This document shows positions 13,001-23,688 of a stretch of 64,000 nt of DNA, one piece after another. Made by a program: the position numbers and the translations under genes. Origin of the DNA: Dimorphilus gyrociliatus (taxonomy: Eukaryota > Animalia > Annelida); NCBI GenBank assembly GCA_904063045.1, contig CAJFCJ010000009.1, positions 724,942 to 788,941 of the forward strand, given 5' to 3'. The stretch's first letter is position 1, and each line of letters begins with the position of its first letter. The notes beneath the pieces are model-generated. The model was given only the letters and a program-made list of their open reading frames with translations. It did not search any database and had not been told where the DNA came from.

Positions 13001-13556
13001 TTTGATTACATGCTCATATTTATCTTCTTTACTTTACTGCTCCTTTCTCCTTGTCAATTTAACTGTATAAGATATCTTGAATTGTCATATACACCAAAGT
13101 ACAAGTACTTAAAAACTTTAGAATCTGTTCATATATCCCACTTGAAAGATTGACATAAAAGAAGAGAGGAAAACTTTCATTTTCCTTTTCTTTTGCTATA
13201 GCTTATATAACTCACTTGTCCCGAGGATGTTTAGATAATCGTAAAACGTTCCGCCAAACGGTGAAAAAATAGGTATAATTAAGCAATTAAGTATTTCTTT
13301 CTAATGTAAAACATACTTTAAAAAAGACATAAAATACGAATAGATTAACTTTTTATCAGCTAGATTAACGTATTGAGTAAGATAACTTGTGGTAGTTTGG
13401 CCTGGTTTACATAAACACCTACAAGTTGTAGACTTTATGGTAATTTACGATTAGATTTCGTACAATTTATATTATTTATTACTTTAAATTAACTTACCAC
13501 CAATAATTTCCTTCAATAGTAGTTAAGAAAGTAAAAAGTATCAATGTCGTTCTCAT
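10019..13556 (-). CDS. WntA: Wnt ligand, most likely WntA subfamily (5 coding exons)
   Basis: Exons approx. 13556-13498 ([20 protein letters not shown]), ~12482-12245 (YLG...[13 protein letters not shown]), ~11815-11685 ([13 protein letters not shown]), 11630-11493 (WGGCS) and 10480-10019 ([22 protein letters not shown]). The Wnt call is certain; the subfamily call rests on remembered motifs. Confidence 0.85.
10660..11408 (+). CDS. GSTK1: Glutathione S-transferase kappa, nested antisense in the last Wnt intron; intron 11192-11265; ends in PTS1 -SKL
   Basis: [14 protein letters not shown] active-site motif, [14 protein letters not shown]|AFGAPWI and FGSDRWE. C-terminus ...RHLSKL* with TAA at 11406-11408. 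Confidence 0.93.
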
Positions 13557-13679
13557 ATTTAATGACATCATCTTCTCTATTTTACATCTTCTTGTTAACC
13601 TTACTCGATTCAATTCTTTTCGACGACTGAGGAATCTCTGTCAGAATCAACAACGAAACTGTCTACTCTCCTCGTCCGT

Positions 13680-13693
13680 CCACTAGGGGGCGC
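13680..13693 (+). promoter_or_regulatory. CTCF-like motif CCACTAGGGGGCGC
   Basis: Full match to the CCASYAGRKGGCRS consensus, 124 nt upstream of the Wnt ATG. Confidence 0.65.
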
Positions 13694-14005
13694 TGTCTGC
13701 CAATAAGTTAAATAAACATCAAAAAATCTTATAGAATTGAAACGAAGCGGAAGAAGATCTTGATGAAGTTCTCTTTTGAAAATTTTTGTTGACCTTTAGT
13801 CGGCGGCGTTCGATTTCGAATTAACAGAAACTCGCCCAACTTGGAATGCCAAAGCAGATTAATTAACTGAAGCGTAAATAAAATTTCATTCTTCGTCTTT
13901 TATTCTTTAGGTCCGCCTTCAGCAACTTTCGCTTCACTATACGGGTTAATTATCGTTAAAAGTTTCCCCGCGTATGGATTATGCTAATTAGACGGGGTTT
14001 TCATA

Positions 14006-14019
14006 CCGCCATCTACCGG
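14006..14019 (-). promoter_or_regulatory. CTCF-like motif CCGGTAGATGGCGG
   Basis: 13/14 match to CCASYAGRKGGCRS on the minus strand, about 60 nt upstream of the dioxygenase ATG. Confidence 0.5.
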
Positions 14020-14076
14020 CGTCGATTCGCTTGGTCGATCATTCAATATTGATAGAATATATTTTTTTAGGTCGCA

Positions 14077-15549
14077 ATGAAATTGCTACTATCATTTTCT
14101 GTATTATTTGCAGTGGGAATTTTTGGAGAGCACCATCCCTCTGAATATGTATATTCGGAAGAGCAGTTGTATGATACTATTATGTGGCCAGAAGGTAGAG
14201 GTACAATTCGTCCGGCATTTGTACTCTTCACCGACCCTGAACACGAACCGGAAGTGCAGAAATATTCTATAAACTCCTACGCACTACCTCCAATTAACTA
14301 TGTAGCGTTTTTCGTCCACGATAATGTTACATCCAAACAATATTTGTGGTACGAAACTTCAAGTTTACCAGATATATTTAAAATTGAAGTATTCCCATCC
14401 GTCGTTTATTTGCCGATGAATAAACAATGGAACGAAGCAGTAATATGGACACCAAAGAATTCAAAATCGTTTCTGGAATGGTCTTGGGAACTTCTAGGGG
14501 CGGAGAGGACAATCATTAACACTTTAAGAAATCCGGTAGAAGTTCAATTTGAATCCCGATTGGAGAGAGATACTCCGAAAGTTCCCACATCTTTCAAACT
14601 GGGAGCGGGTGAACAAATTACAAAGTTCTGTTATTTATCCGACAGAGCTCTTGTATACGAACAGGAAAAGTTCTTAGAAGGTTATGCAATTGGGCACGCG
14701 GATGTATTAGAAATTAAGGCACCATCTTATATTTGGAAAGAGAAAAATATTTGGCTTACAGCCCTCGATAAATCAGAGGAGGAACAAATGAAAATTGGTG
14801 AACAGATATCGTGGAATCACGCTTATAGAACATTATTACAAGTCAAACAACCCAGGCTCGTACATAATTTTACAGCTTCCGGCTACCTAAAACGTAAAAT
14901 TCCATCGGCAATTTATAAACGTCTAAAAAGATTTTACGACAAGCATTCCTCTCAGCGACGAGTAGAACAAAATATAGGTGACAGTCATATTAATCAGAAT
15001 CAATTTAACACTACATTAGTCCAATTGGACGAAGATGAAAGAATAATAGTTGGAAGTCATTTAAAACCAATTCTCGAACGTTGGTGCTCATGTAAATTAG
15101 AGCAAACTGCATTTTACGGTATAAGGGAATATCATAAGGGAGCAGTTTTACGAAACCATGTCGATAGAGTTAGCACACACGTTATTTCGACTATCCTACA
15201 AATTCATCAAGAGTTAGAGAAGGACGATTGGTATTTAGAGGTTGTCGAATTCGATGGTACTCGAAAAGAAGTTCGTTTAGAAGCTGGAGAAATGCTATTA
15301 TACGAATCTGCAAAATTGATTCACGGAAGACCAAAGTTATTTAACGGTAGAATATTTGCAAATGCTTTCCTCCATTTTAGACCAGTTTCCGATTGGAATT
15401 ATAAAGCCGACGAGCAGGTTTCGGGTTTGCACGTAAATGGAACATTTGTTCCTCTATACCCAATTGACGATTCTACCTTACAACCAGCACCGATGAACGG
15501 TGGTATACTCACACCAATTCGACTATCGCAATTAAAGGATGAACTTTAG
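14077..15549 (+). CDS. Intronless ER-luminal 2-oxoglutarate/Fe(II) dioxygenase-like protein (signal peptide, C-terminal KDEL), 490 aa
   Basis: Signal peptide MKLLLSFSVLFAVGIFG. YGIREY...LRNHVDR (HxD), MLLYESAKLIHGRP (distal His and Arg) and FANAFLHFRP. Ends LKDEL*. Confidence 0.85.
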   Translation: MKLLLSFSVLFAVGIFGEHHPSEYVYSEEQLYDTIMWPEGRGTIRPAFVLFTDPEHEPEVQKYSINSYALPPINYVAFFVHDNVTSKQYLWYETSSLPDIFKIEVFPSVVYLPMNKQWNEAVIWTPKNSKSFLEWSWELLGAERTIINTLRNPVEVQFESRLERDTPKVPTSFKLGAGEQITKFCYLSDRALVYEQEKFLEGYAIGHADVLEIKAPSYIWKEKNIWLTALDKSEEEQMKIGEQISWNHAYRTLLQVKQPRLVHNFTASGYLKRKIPSAIYKRLKRFYDKHSSQRRVEQNIGDSHINQNQFNTTLVQLDEDERIIVGSHLKPILERWCSCKLEQTAFYGIREYHKGAVLRNHVDRVSTHVISTILQIHQELEKDDWYLEVVEFDGTRKEVRLEAGEMLLYESAKLIHGRPKLFNGRIFANAFLHFRPVSDWNYKADEQVSGLHVNGTFVPLYPIDDSTLQPAPMNGGILTPIRLSQLKDEL

Positions 15550-15969
15550 CTTGAAATCAAATAGTTTTTTAATAATTCTTTTATTTTTTCCTAATTGATG
15601 TAAAAGAAAAATGAATAAAAAGATTAAATTGGTCAAAAAAAAAGCACAAAAAATATTCATAATAAACCCTTTTCCACCATGTTTTTTCAATTCGTTTACA
15701 ACGTTTAAGTCACCAAAGTAAGTTCTTTGAAAGAATACGAAAAATAAAGTCTCTTTTTTTTTGCATTGTTTTATTATTTGTTTTGATTATTTGCTTAAAG
15801 TTGGGATATTCTTGAATAATGTCTTTTTTTTATGTTGTTGATAAAGAAAGAGAAGGAAGAGAAGATAGAGGGGAGAGGAGCGAGAAAGAGAGAGGAAAAA
15901 AGAAATAAGAAACAATAAAAATAACAAGAAAGCCTTAATTAGCACATAGTGTCTTATTTCCTAATTGCG

Positions 15970-16950
15970 CTAAAGCCCTGCAGCTGAATTATTCCATCTG
16001 GCACGGTCTCGATGGATAATCTTCCAAACAGCTTTCATCTCATTAACATTTTGAACGTGACCAAAAATTAACTTATTCCTTGAACTAACTTCTGTAAATT
16101 TTTCGTAAAAAGTAGTTGGAGAAAGAACGTAGCCTGGATTTAATTGAACGTAACTTACTCCCGACCTCTTGGCTAGTAAGCCCGTTACGTAAAAATCATC
16201 GACCCAGAAAAATCCTACGTCTTTAGCAGCTGTTGCTAACTTTCCAACAACTCCGGATGTCAGTATATAAGCGGAACCTGAACAATAAGTAGGGAAGATA
16301 TCCTTTTCGAACTCCTCTTTTGATATGTACCATTTACTTCTCTTCTCTCTAACAACCTTCATTCTATTCCAGACTAAGCATAAGAAGCTATTTTTAATAT
16401 TTGAGTACAATTTTAATTGGTCGATAAGCGTAAAAAGATTAACGAAAATATCATCATCAGTCTTTAGTATATATTTTACATTGGAGCAATGATTCGACAT
16501 CCAAGTTACAGCGGAAACTGCCTTTAGCGTCAAATTCTTATAAGTATCTAAAAAATCTGCTACAAGAACATCTCCGTACATTTCGGATTCCATTAATATA
16601 CTGTCCATGGTTCTATTGTCATCTACTCTTCCTAGAACAAAGATAACCCGAAACCCAGGGAAATTTCTCGGGTTGCCCCATGTATCTCTAATTGTATTTC
16701 TTCTCAGAAGATGATTTGGTGCGGAATGAACGTAAGCAATCAATAGTGAAGAAGAGCAAAACGTTTGTAAAGGTTCAACAACATAACCGACCTTAGAGGG
16801 TGGAGACTGTCCAGTCGCTGCATTTCGGAAGAATCGCATAAATATATACACAAATACAATCGTTACAAAAAAAATAACAGATATTAAAGAAAAATTTGTT
16901 AACAACAGTCGCCGTCGTCGGAATATTTTTTTTTGGCATTTACGACGCAT
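15970..16950 (-). CDS. Intronless GT31-family beta-1,3-galactosyltransferase-like type II membrane protein, 326 aa
   Basis: Basic N-tail plus TM helix, RRNTIRDTWG, DFLDTYKNLTLK, ILKTDDDIFVN (DxD), FPTYCSGSAY and DDFYVTG. Confidence 0.92.
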   Translation of the reverse strand: MRRKCQKKIFRRRRLLLTNFSLISVIFFVTIVFVYIFMRFFRNAATGQSPPSKVGYVVEPLQTFCSSSLLIAYVHSAPNHLLRRNTIRDTWGNPRNFPGFRVIFVLGRVDDNRTMDSILMESEMYGDVLVADFLDTYKNLTLKAVSAVTWMSNHCSNVKYILKTDDDIFVNLFTLIDQLKLYSNIKNSFLCLVWNRMKVVREKRSKWYISKEEFEKDIFPTYCSGSAYILTSGVVGKLATAAKDVGFFWVDDFYVTGLLAKRSGVSYVQLNPGYVLSPTTFYEKFTEVSSRNKLIFGHVQNVNEMKAVWKIIHRDRARWNNSAAGL

Positions 16951-18427
16951 TGCAGATCGTTTTTGCGGTTGATATCACAACCTTGACCTTTACAAAGCGA
17001 CACTAGGCGTCTGCTTTAAAACTACTTTAGCCTTAACAAGGAATTGTACGAAGATTTCTTTTTTATTTTAAAGAACACTCTAGCGGCATTTCAGAAAATC
17101 AGATAAGAAAAGCATGTGCACGCACGCATTGCTTGTTTCTTTCTTGTTCTATACATATGGAATTTAGGCCTAGCAATGAAATTAAATCTGAAAGAAAAAT
17201 CCAATTTCTCCATCCTCACCTATCCGACTGTTTTCATAAAGGTCTCGTTAGGTTAAGAAAATATTTTTAGTTTTGCTTTCATTTCGCGCTTTACTTCCCT
17301 TGACTGTTTTGTATCATTTTCAACAGTAAGAAAAGGGCGGAAATTCATTTTTTTTCTCTTTAAGCCTTGATATTATATTTATTACTTTGTCTGTACTCTT
17401 GTCATATAAATATATTTATACATATATGACCAATTTTTACAAGTCTTACCTTTGTCATTCTACAAGGCACAAAACATAGAAATAGTTTTTAAACAGGTTG
17501 AAAATCTCTCTATCTTTCTATCAATCTATCTGCCTCTTCTGCTAAAAATATTTTCTTTGTTTTACTCAGTTTGATAGCGAATTTTATTCCTATTATTTTG
17601 TCTTTGTACTTTGGTACGTGTCTTTAAATGAACTCAAGTTCTAGTGCACTTTAAGCATCTATGTACCAATTATTACTCCAGACTTTGTTACAATTAATTT
17701 GAAGATTATATTATAGCTGCTGCTTTAGTTTTTTTTGTTTTAAGTGAAAGAACATTTATATAACAGGCAGACTTGATGAGTATATATTTTATGTTATCTC
17801 TATCGTGTTTGATAATGAATAAAACTCTAATAGATTTGATAATATTAAGTAACAAATCACATAAAAAACAATCACCTTGAGATTGGTTAGAGGTTTTAAT
17901 CGTTTTGATTAGCTCTTTCGTTATATATTTATGATTATAATTCTTTTGTTATTTTTTTTTGTATATGAAGAAAAAGAAATGTTACAACAGAAACAAATAA
18001 TAACAGAAAAAATATTATCAAGATTGTAAATCAACAGAGTTCTTTAATAAAATAGAAAAGTGATCATTTGGGTGAGATAACAACGTAAATTCCCTTATGA
18101 TAAAAGTTTTGATAACTATGTATTTTCATCTAGATTCATTTTACATATATATCTTTGTATGTAATTATTTTCGGTTTTTTCTACTTTGCTTTATATTGAA
18201 TATAGACTTTATAATGAATATTTTCGAAACAATAAAATAATTAAAAAAAGGATTATCACAGCCTAAAAGCGTAATTCTTTTAATGCAGTAAAAGTAAACA
18301 ACCTCTTTTTTTAGTTTTTTTTTTTCATTCAATCATAACCGACCAGATAAGAAAATTTGTTTTTTTTTTTAATGATCTGATGATCTTACTCTCTATAATT
18401 ATTATTATATACTGTTTCTTTTTTAGT

Positions 18428-19824
18428 TTAATCTATCTTCTTTGAATTGTTGTTGACAGTTTCCCTTGTTCCGTATTTAGATCCTTGTTTTATTTCGGTA
18501 ACCATAATCATCAACCTAACACCGATTGTAGCTAGAGAGGAGAAGGAATTGGACGGGAGAAAAAAAAAGAAATTGTTCAATTGGTTTTATAGTTTTGTTG
18601 TTAAATGGTATGACTTACCGAGAGAGATTATGAGTAGAAAAATTATTTTGATAAGTAAAGAACCATTGATAAAAATAGCTCCAATGTAATAAAAAAGTGG
18701 TGTTAAGAGGAGAACAGCCCAACATAAATAAGTTATCAAGTCGTGTGGTCTTTTTGGAATTTCTCGTTTTGTACCAATTTTATATTCACCTTCCTTAACA
18801 AAACTATCATAAATTTCGTCCTAGACAAGGAAATATATTAAATGAATGAGTTGTTTAGCTATTAATTTTGTTTTTAAAAACCTTTTCCTGGAAGAGCTTA
18901 TGAACCCAATCAGAGCAATTTTCATCATTATCAGTAGGTATTTGTGACAATGGTATTCTCCTAACGTATAATTCTGCTTTAACTGGTCTACCGCAAATTA
19001 CGTTCATTAATGTAGGTTGAGCTCCATCGCTTCGAAATCCAATGGTTAAGTCAAGAATACTGGAAAATTTTTCTTTAACTCCGTGCATACTTAATACAAA
19101 TCCTTTTGTTCTTGGAAGTAAATGATGTTTCAATTCTTTCAAACCTTTTTTTCTAGCAATTTCATTGCTTTTTATCAACTTTTCTTCTGTAAATCTCGTT
19201 CCTTCGCAAAAAAGTAGTAAAGTAACCCAATAATTATCAGGATATTCTCTTAAAAAGGACAGGTCTCTCTTAATAATCTCTTTGTCCTTGTCCCATTCTC
19301 TCTTCAAGAAAATACTTTCGGTAAAAGTCCATGCCCAGCCAATTAGAGGAACGAGCTTAAGAGAAGACTTTCCATAAATTTTTGTTCCACCAAGCATTTG
19401 GAGCCTTTCGCTAAGTACCCATGCCATTAACCAATCGATGTCGTACTTGTGATTCATCATGGTAATATTGTGTTCTTGACCAATATATTGTAAATCATCC
19501 ACATTTTCTAAATGTACAGTGGCATTAGATCCAGACCACCATTGAGCCAAGAATGTAAATTGCGACCAGTGTAAGTAAGCTAGCCTAACAACTATTTTCC
19601 TATAAAGGCATTTATTCCATGGCCAAATTGTTAGATAACAGAGCAGCATTAGACCACATACTATTAATCCGGAAACAACAAATATATATCCCATCAAAAC
19701 ATGAACGATAAATAGGGTCTTAAATTGCTTCCACAGAGAGTTGAAAACTGGAATAAATATAAACTTTTATTAATTTATTAAAAATTAAAAAAAATTTTCT
19801 TTATTCCTTCTTACCATTACTCAT
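18428..19824 (-). CDS. 1-acylglycerol-3-phosphate acyltransferase, AGPAT3/AGPAT4 family (4 exons)
   Basis: NHKYDID (NHX4D), PLIGWAW, LLFCEGTRFT and HHLLPRTKGF. C-terminal KKID* is a dilysine ER-retrieval signal. Confidence 0.93.
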
Positions 19825-20816
19825 TTTTAGTTAATTTTGATAGATCACAGGTGATGTTAGGCTTTGAATACGAGGACAAGCGAAAGGTCTATATAATGTG
19901 GATAATTTCAATATTGTACTTTTTATCTGAAAGACGATAACGTTTTAATATGATTTTTTAAAATATTTATTTAGTATTAATCACTTTCAGCTACTCTATA
20001 AATAATCTTTGAGGTTATATAAAAATTTAATAATCCACAAAACGTGGATATATCTTACCTAAAATTAATATTGTGCAAAATATAATATTAATAAATAGAT
20101 TAACTATTGCTTTCTTAAAGAATATTTATTTTTACGTATTGTTAAACATTCTAACGAAAGATTAATCTTACTTTGATACAGGAATTTGCTGTATATGTTT
20201 AATTAGTGTTCGGAATCATATCTGGTAGCACTAAACTTAGAATGACCGTTATTGGAAACTTTAGTAATGAGAAACAATGGCGCAATATATTTTATGACCG
20301 CAAACTGTTTCTTAAAAAGTAATAAAGTAAACAAAGCATTTAATAACAGCTTTAATAGCAATAAACCGACTGAATATATCAAAGAGAACTCAGAGTTATA
20401 GTTGTATTAAAAAATTGAAGCTTTTAAACAAGGTTTCTATTAAAAAATCTTTTCAACAGTTAAAATTATTTTTTTTTAGTTTTTTTCTATTAAATATTAT
20501 ATACGCAATTGATAGTATATTTATTTATAGATATATCTCCCTCATTAAGTATTTTATAGAAGAGATGGTAAAATCTGTAAATCCCTTAAATGACCAGTAT
20601 TTAGTGTTTATAAGTAGGATACGTATTCCTCGCTCAATGATAATACCCCAAAACAAAATTGGAACTTTAGCCTTGTACCAGTTATCAAGCTAAATTTCAG
20701 TGATATTACGTGAGACTCACGTGTAAGTTTTATTTATATTTTTGTTTTTCAACAGAAACTACATAAATTCTAAATTATTCAGTTGTTGAAAATTTTATTG
20801 TAGGTTTACAATTACA

Positions 20817-22755
20817 ATGGCATCATCCGATCAAACCATGTCGGTGGACGAAAAGCTTAAATTAATTACCAGGAATTTAGATGTTGGTATTGCACTTCAA
20901 TTTCAGCGATTTAGATTTCTTACATCATTATAAAACTATATATATATATATGTAAATATTTCAGGAAGTTCTAGGAGAAGATCAGTTAAGAAAAATCGTC
21001 TCAGAGAGAGATTTAAATATTTACTGGGGAACTGCTACAACCGGCAAGCCTCATATAGCTTATTTTGTTCCTATGTCGAAAGTGGCGGATTTCCTTCGCG
21101 CTGGTTGTCATGTCACTATACTATTTGCCGACTTGCATGCTTATCTAGATAATATGAAAGCTCCTTGGGAACTATTGAAGCTTAGAACTGAATATTACGA
21201 AAATATAATTAAATCTATGCTAAAATCTATTAACGTTCCACTTGAAAAGTTAAAATTTGTTAGGGGAACTGATTATCAGTTAAAGCAAGATTACACACTA
21301 GACGTTTATCGATTATCATCAATGGTTACTGAACATGATGCAAAAAAAGCTGGAGCTGAAGTTGTCAAACAAGTAGATCATCCACTACTAAGCGGTTTAC
21401 TATATCCTGGCCTTCAGGTAAAATACGACTTATTACGTTGAAAGTTTAAAGAAAGCTTATTATTACAGGCTCTTGATGAGGAATACCTTAAAGTAGACGC
21501 TCAATTCGGAGGAGTTGATCAACGAAAAATTTTCACCTATGCTGAAAAATATTTACCAAAATTGGGATACAAAAAGAGAATACATCTGATGAATCCAATG
21601 GGTTGGTTCATTCCTTTTGGTTTATTTATGACTATTTAAGTTTTTTTTTCCATAATAAATTAGTACCTGGATTAATGGGAGCAAAGATGAGTTCATCAGT
21701 TGCAGATTCGAAAATTGATTTATTAGATAGCGAAGGAGACGTTAACAAGAAAATTAAGCAAGCTTTTTGCGAGCCTGGAAACATCGAAAATAATGGACTA
21801 CTAGCCTTTGCGAAGCACGTAATTTTGCCTTTGTTAGGCGAAAAACCCTTCGAAGTAGAGAGAAAGCAAGAGTATGGTGGAAATATTCAATTCACCGTTT
21901 TTGAAGACCTTCAAAAAGCCTTCAAAGAAGAACAAATCCATCCCGGCGATTTGAAATCAGCTGTTAAGAAATACATTAACGAAATGTTGAATCCTATTCG
22001 CCAAGAATTCCAGTCAAAAGAATTAAAAAATCTAACAAGTAAAGCATATCCCAAGGAACAACCGAAAGCAGCAAATGAAATCGAACCTTCTAGATTGGAT
22101 TTAAGAATAGGAAAGATTACAGAAATAAATATGGTAGATATTTTAAGGATAACATTAAATCTCTGTTAATTAATATTGTTCTTAGCATCCGGACGCTGAG
22201 AGTCTATACGTTGAAAAAGTTGACTTGGGCAATGGTGAAGTAAGAACAGTTGTGAGTGGTCTAGCTGGATTAGTCAAAATGGAAGATTTAAAAGATAGTC
22301 TCGGAGTTTTCTTGTGCAATTTGAAGCCAACAAAAATGAGAGGCGTTGAATCAAGTGCCATGCTTCTTTGCGCTTCTGTGTTAGTATTAATAAATATATT
22401 ATCCCATTTTTACTAATATTTGCTTCATATAGCAATGAACCAGAAAGAAAAGTTGAAGCATTAATTCCACCTGAAAATAGCCAGCCAGGTGATAGAGTAG
22501 TATTTGAAAAATATGAGAAAGGACAACCTGATGAAAGACTAAATCCAAAAAAGAAAATCTGGGAAACCCTAGCTGTAAGTAGAAACTTTTTTCGATTAAT
22601 TTGTTCTTTTTTATAAAAATAAAAACATTTCTTACTCTCTTTAGACGGATCTTGTTACAAATAGCGATGGTGAAGCCGAATGGAAGGGTAACGCTATGCT
22701 TACATCAAATGGTAAAATATCAGTAAAAAATCTAAAAAATGCTCCAATTAAATAG
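20817..22755 (+). CDS. YARS1: Cytoplasmic tyrosyl-tRNA synthetase with C-terminal EMAP-II-like domain (multi-exon)
   Basis: [14 protein letters not shown] (HIGH-like), [24 protein letters not shown]...[10 protein letters not shown] and [15 protein letters not shown] at 22753-22755. Confidence 0.97.
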
Positions 22756-23688
22756 GCTTTTATTCTCGGAATAAACATCTTCATCTATGTGAATTTATTT
22801 TTGAGATTCTATTTTAAAAGTTGTTCGTCTCTTTGTTAAAGTTACAGAAAAAGCATATTTATCTACTTACACAGTATAATTAAAAATACTTTTTTTTCGT
22901 AAATATCTCTTTGAATTCGGAAGATATTGTATCTTTTCATTCTAAATATAGTACTTCAACAATAATCAATCAAATTTAGTTAGAACTACTTTTTTTTAGT
23001 ATAAAAAGAATATCAATTCCTTATTAATTCTTAAATTCAATTTTTATGCTATTTTAGTAATTTTTGATATTTTATCAAAAAAAATATAGACAACAGCATT
23101 CTGTGTAAAAAGTCTTTTTCTAATAAATTAAATTTCAAGTAGACTTTTTAAATAATTGATATCTAATTCGAAGAGTTTTCCCACACTCATTTGTTAATAC
23201 TGTATTTTAAAACCTTACAAATTTTCTTCTATAATTGCGTTCGTCATGGTCCCTCTCGGTATTAAGTAACACCGTGCATTTTTCATTGCCAAGTACTGTG
23301 GTTAATTGATTTGATGTCTAAATAGCTTTTATTTCGACATAACAATTAAATTCCACCGTAAGTTTCTAATCATTGATACGTTATAACCTGTAGAGTCTAT
23401 AGTAGCTTTTATAAGCGTCAACAATTTTTGTAAATGAAATGAGTTGAAACTCATGTGATTTAAAAAAATCTAACAAAATAAATAGTGTAATGTATATGAA
23501 TGAATTCCCAAGGTAAATATCATTTATATAGAAGTTATCGTTATCTAAATTAATATTTTTTTATAAGAAATGATTATACAGATTTTTTTTAAATACATGT
23601 CAAAGCCTGTATAATCTAATAGATGGCGCACGACAAGTTGACAAAATTTGTCAGATCAATGGAAAGCTAAATCAATTTTGTTTGTAGA

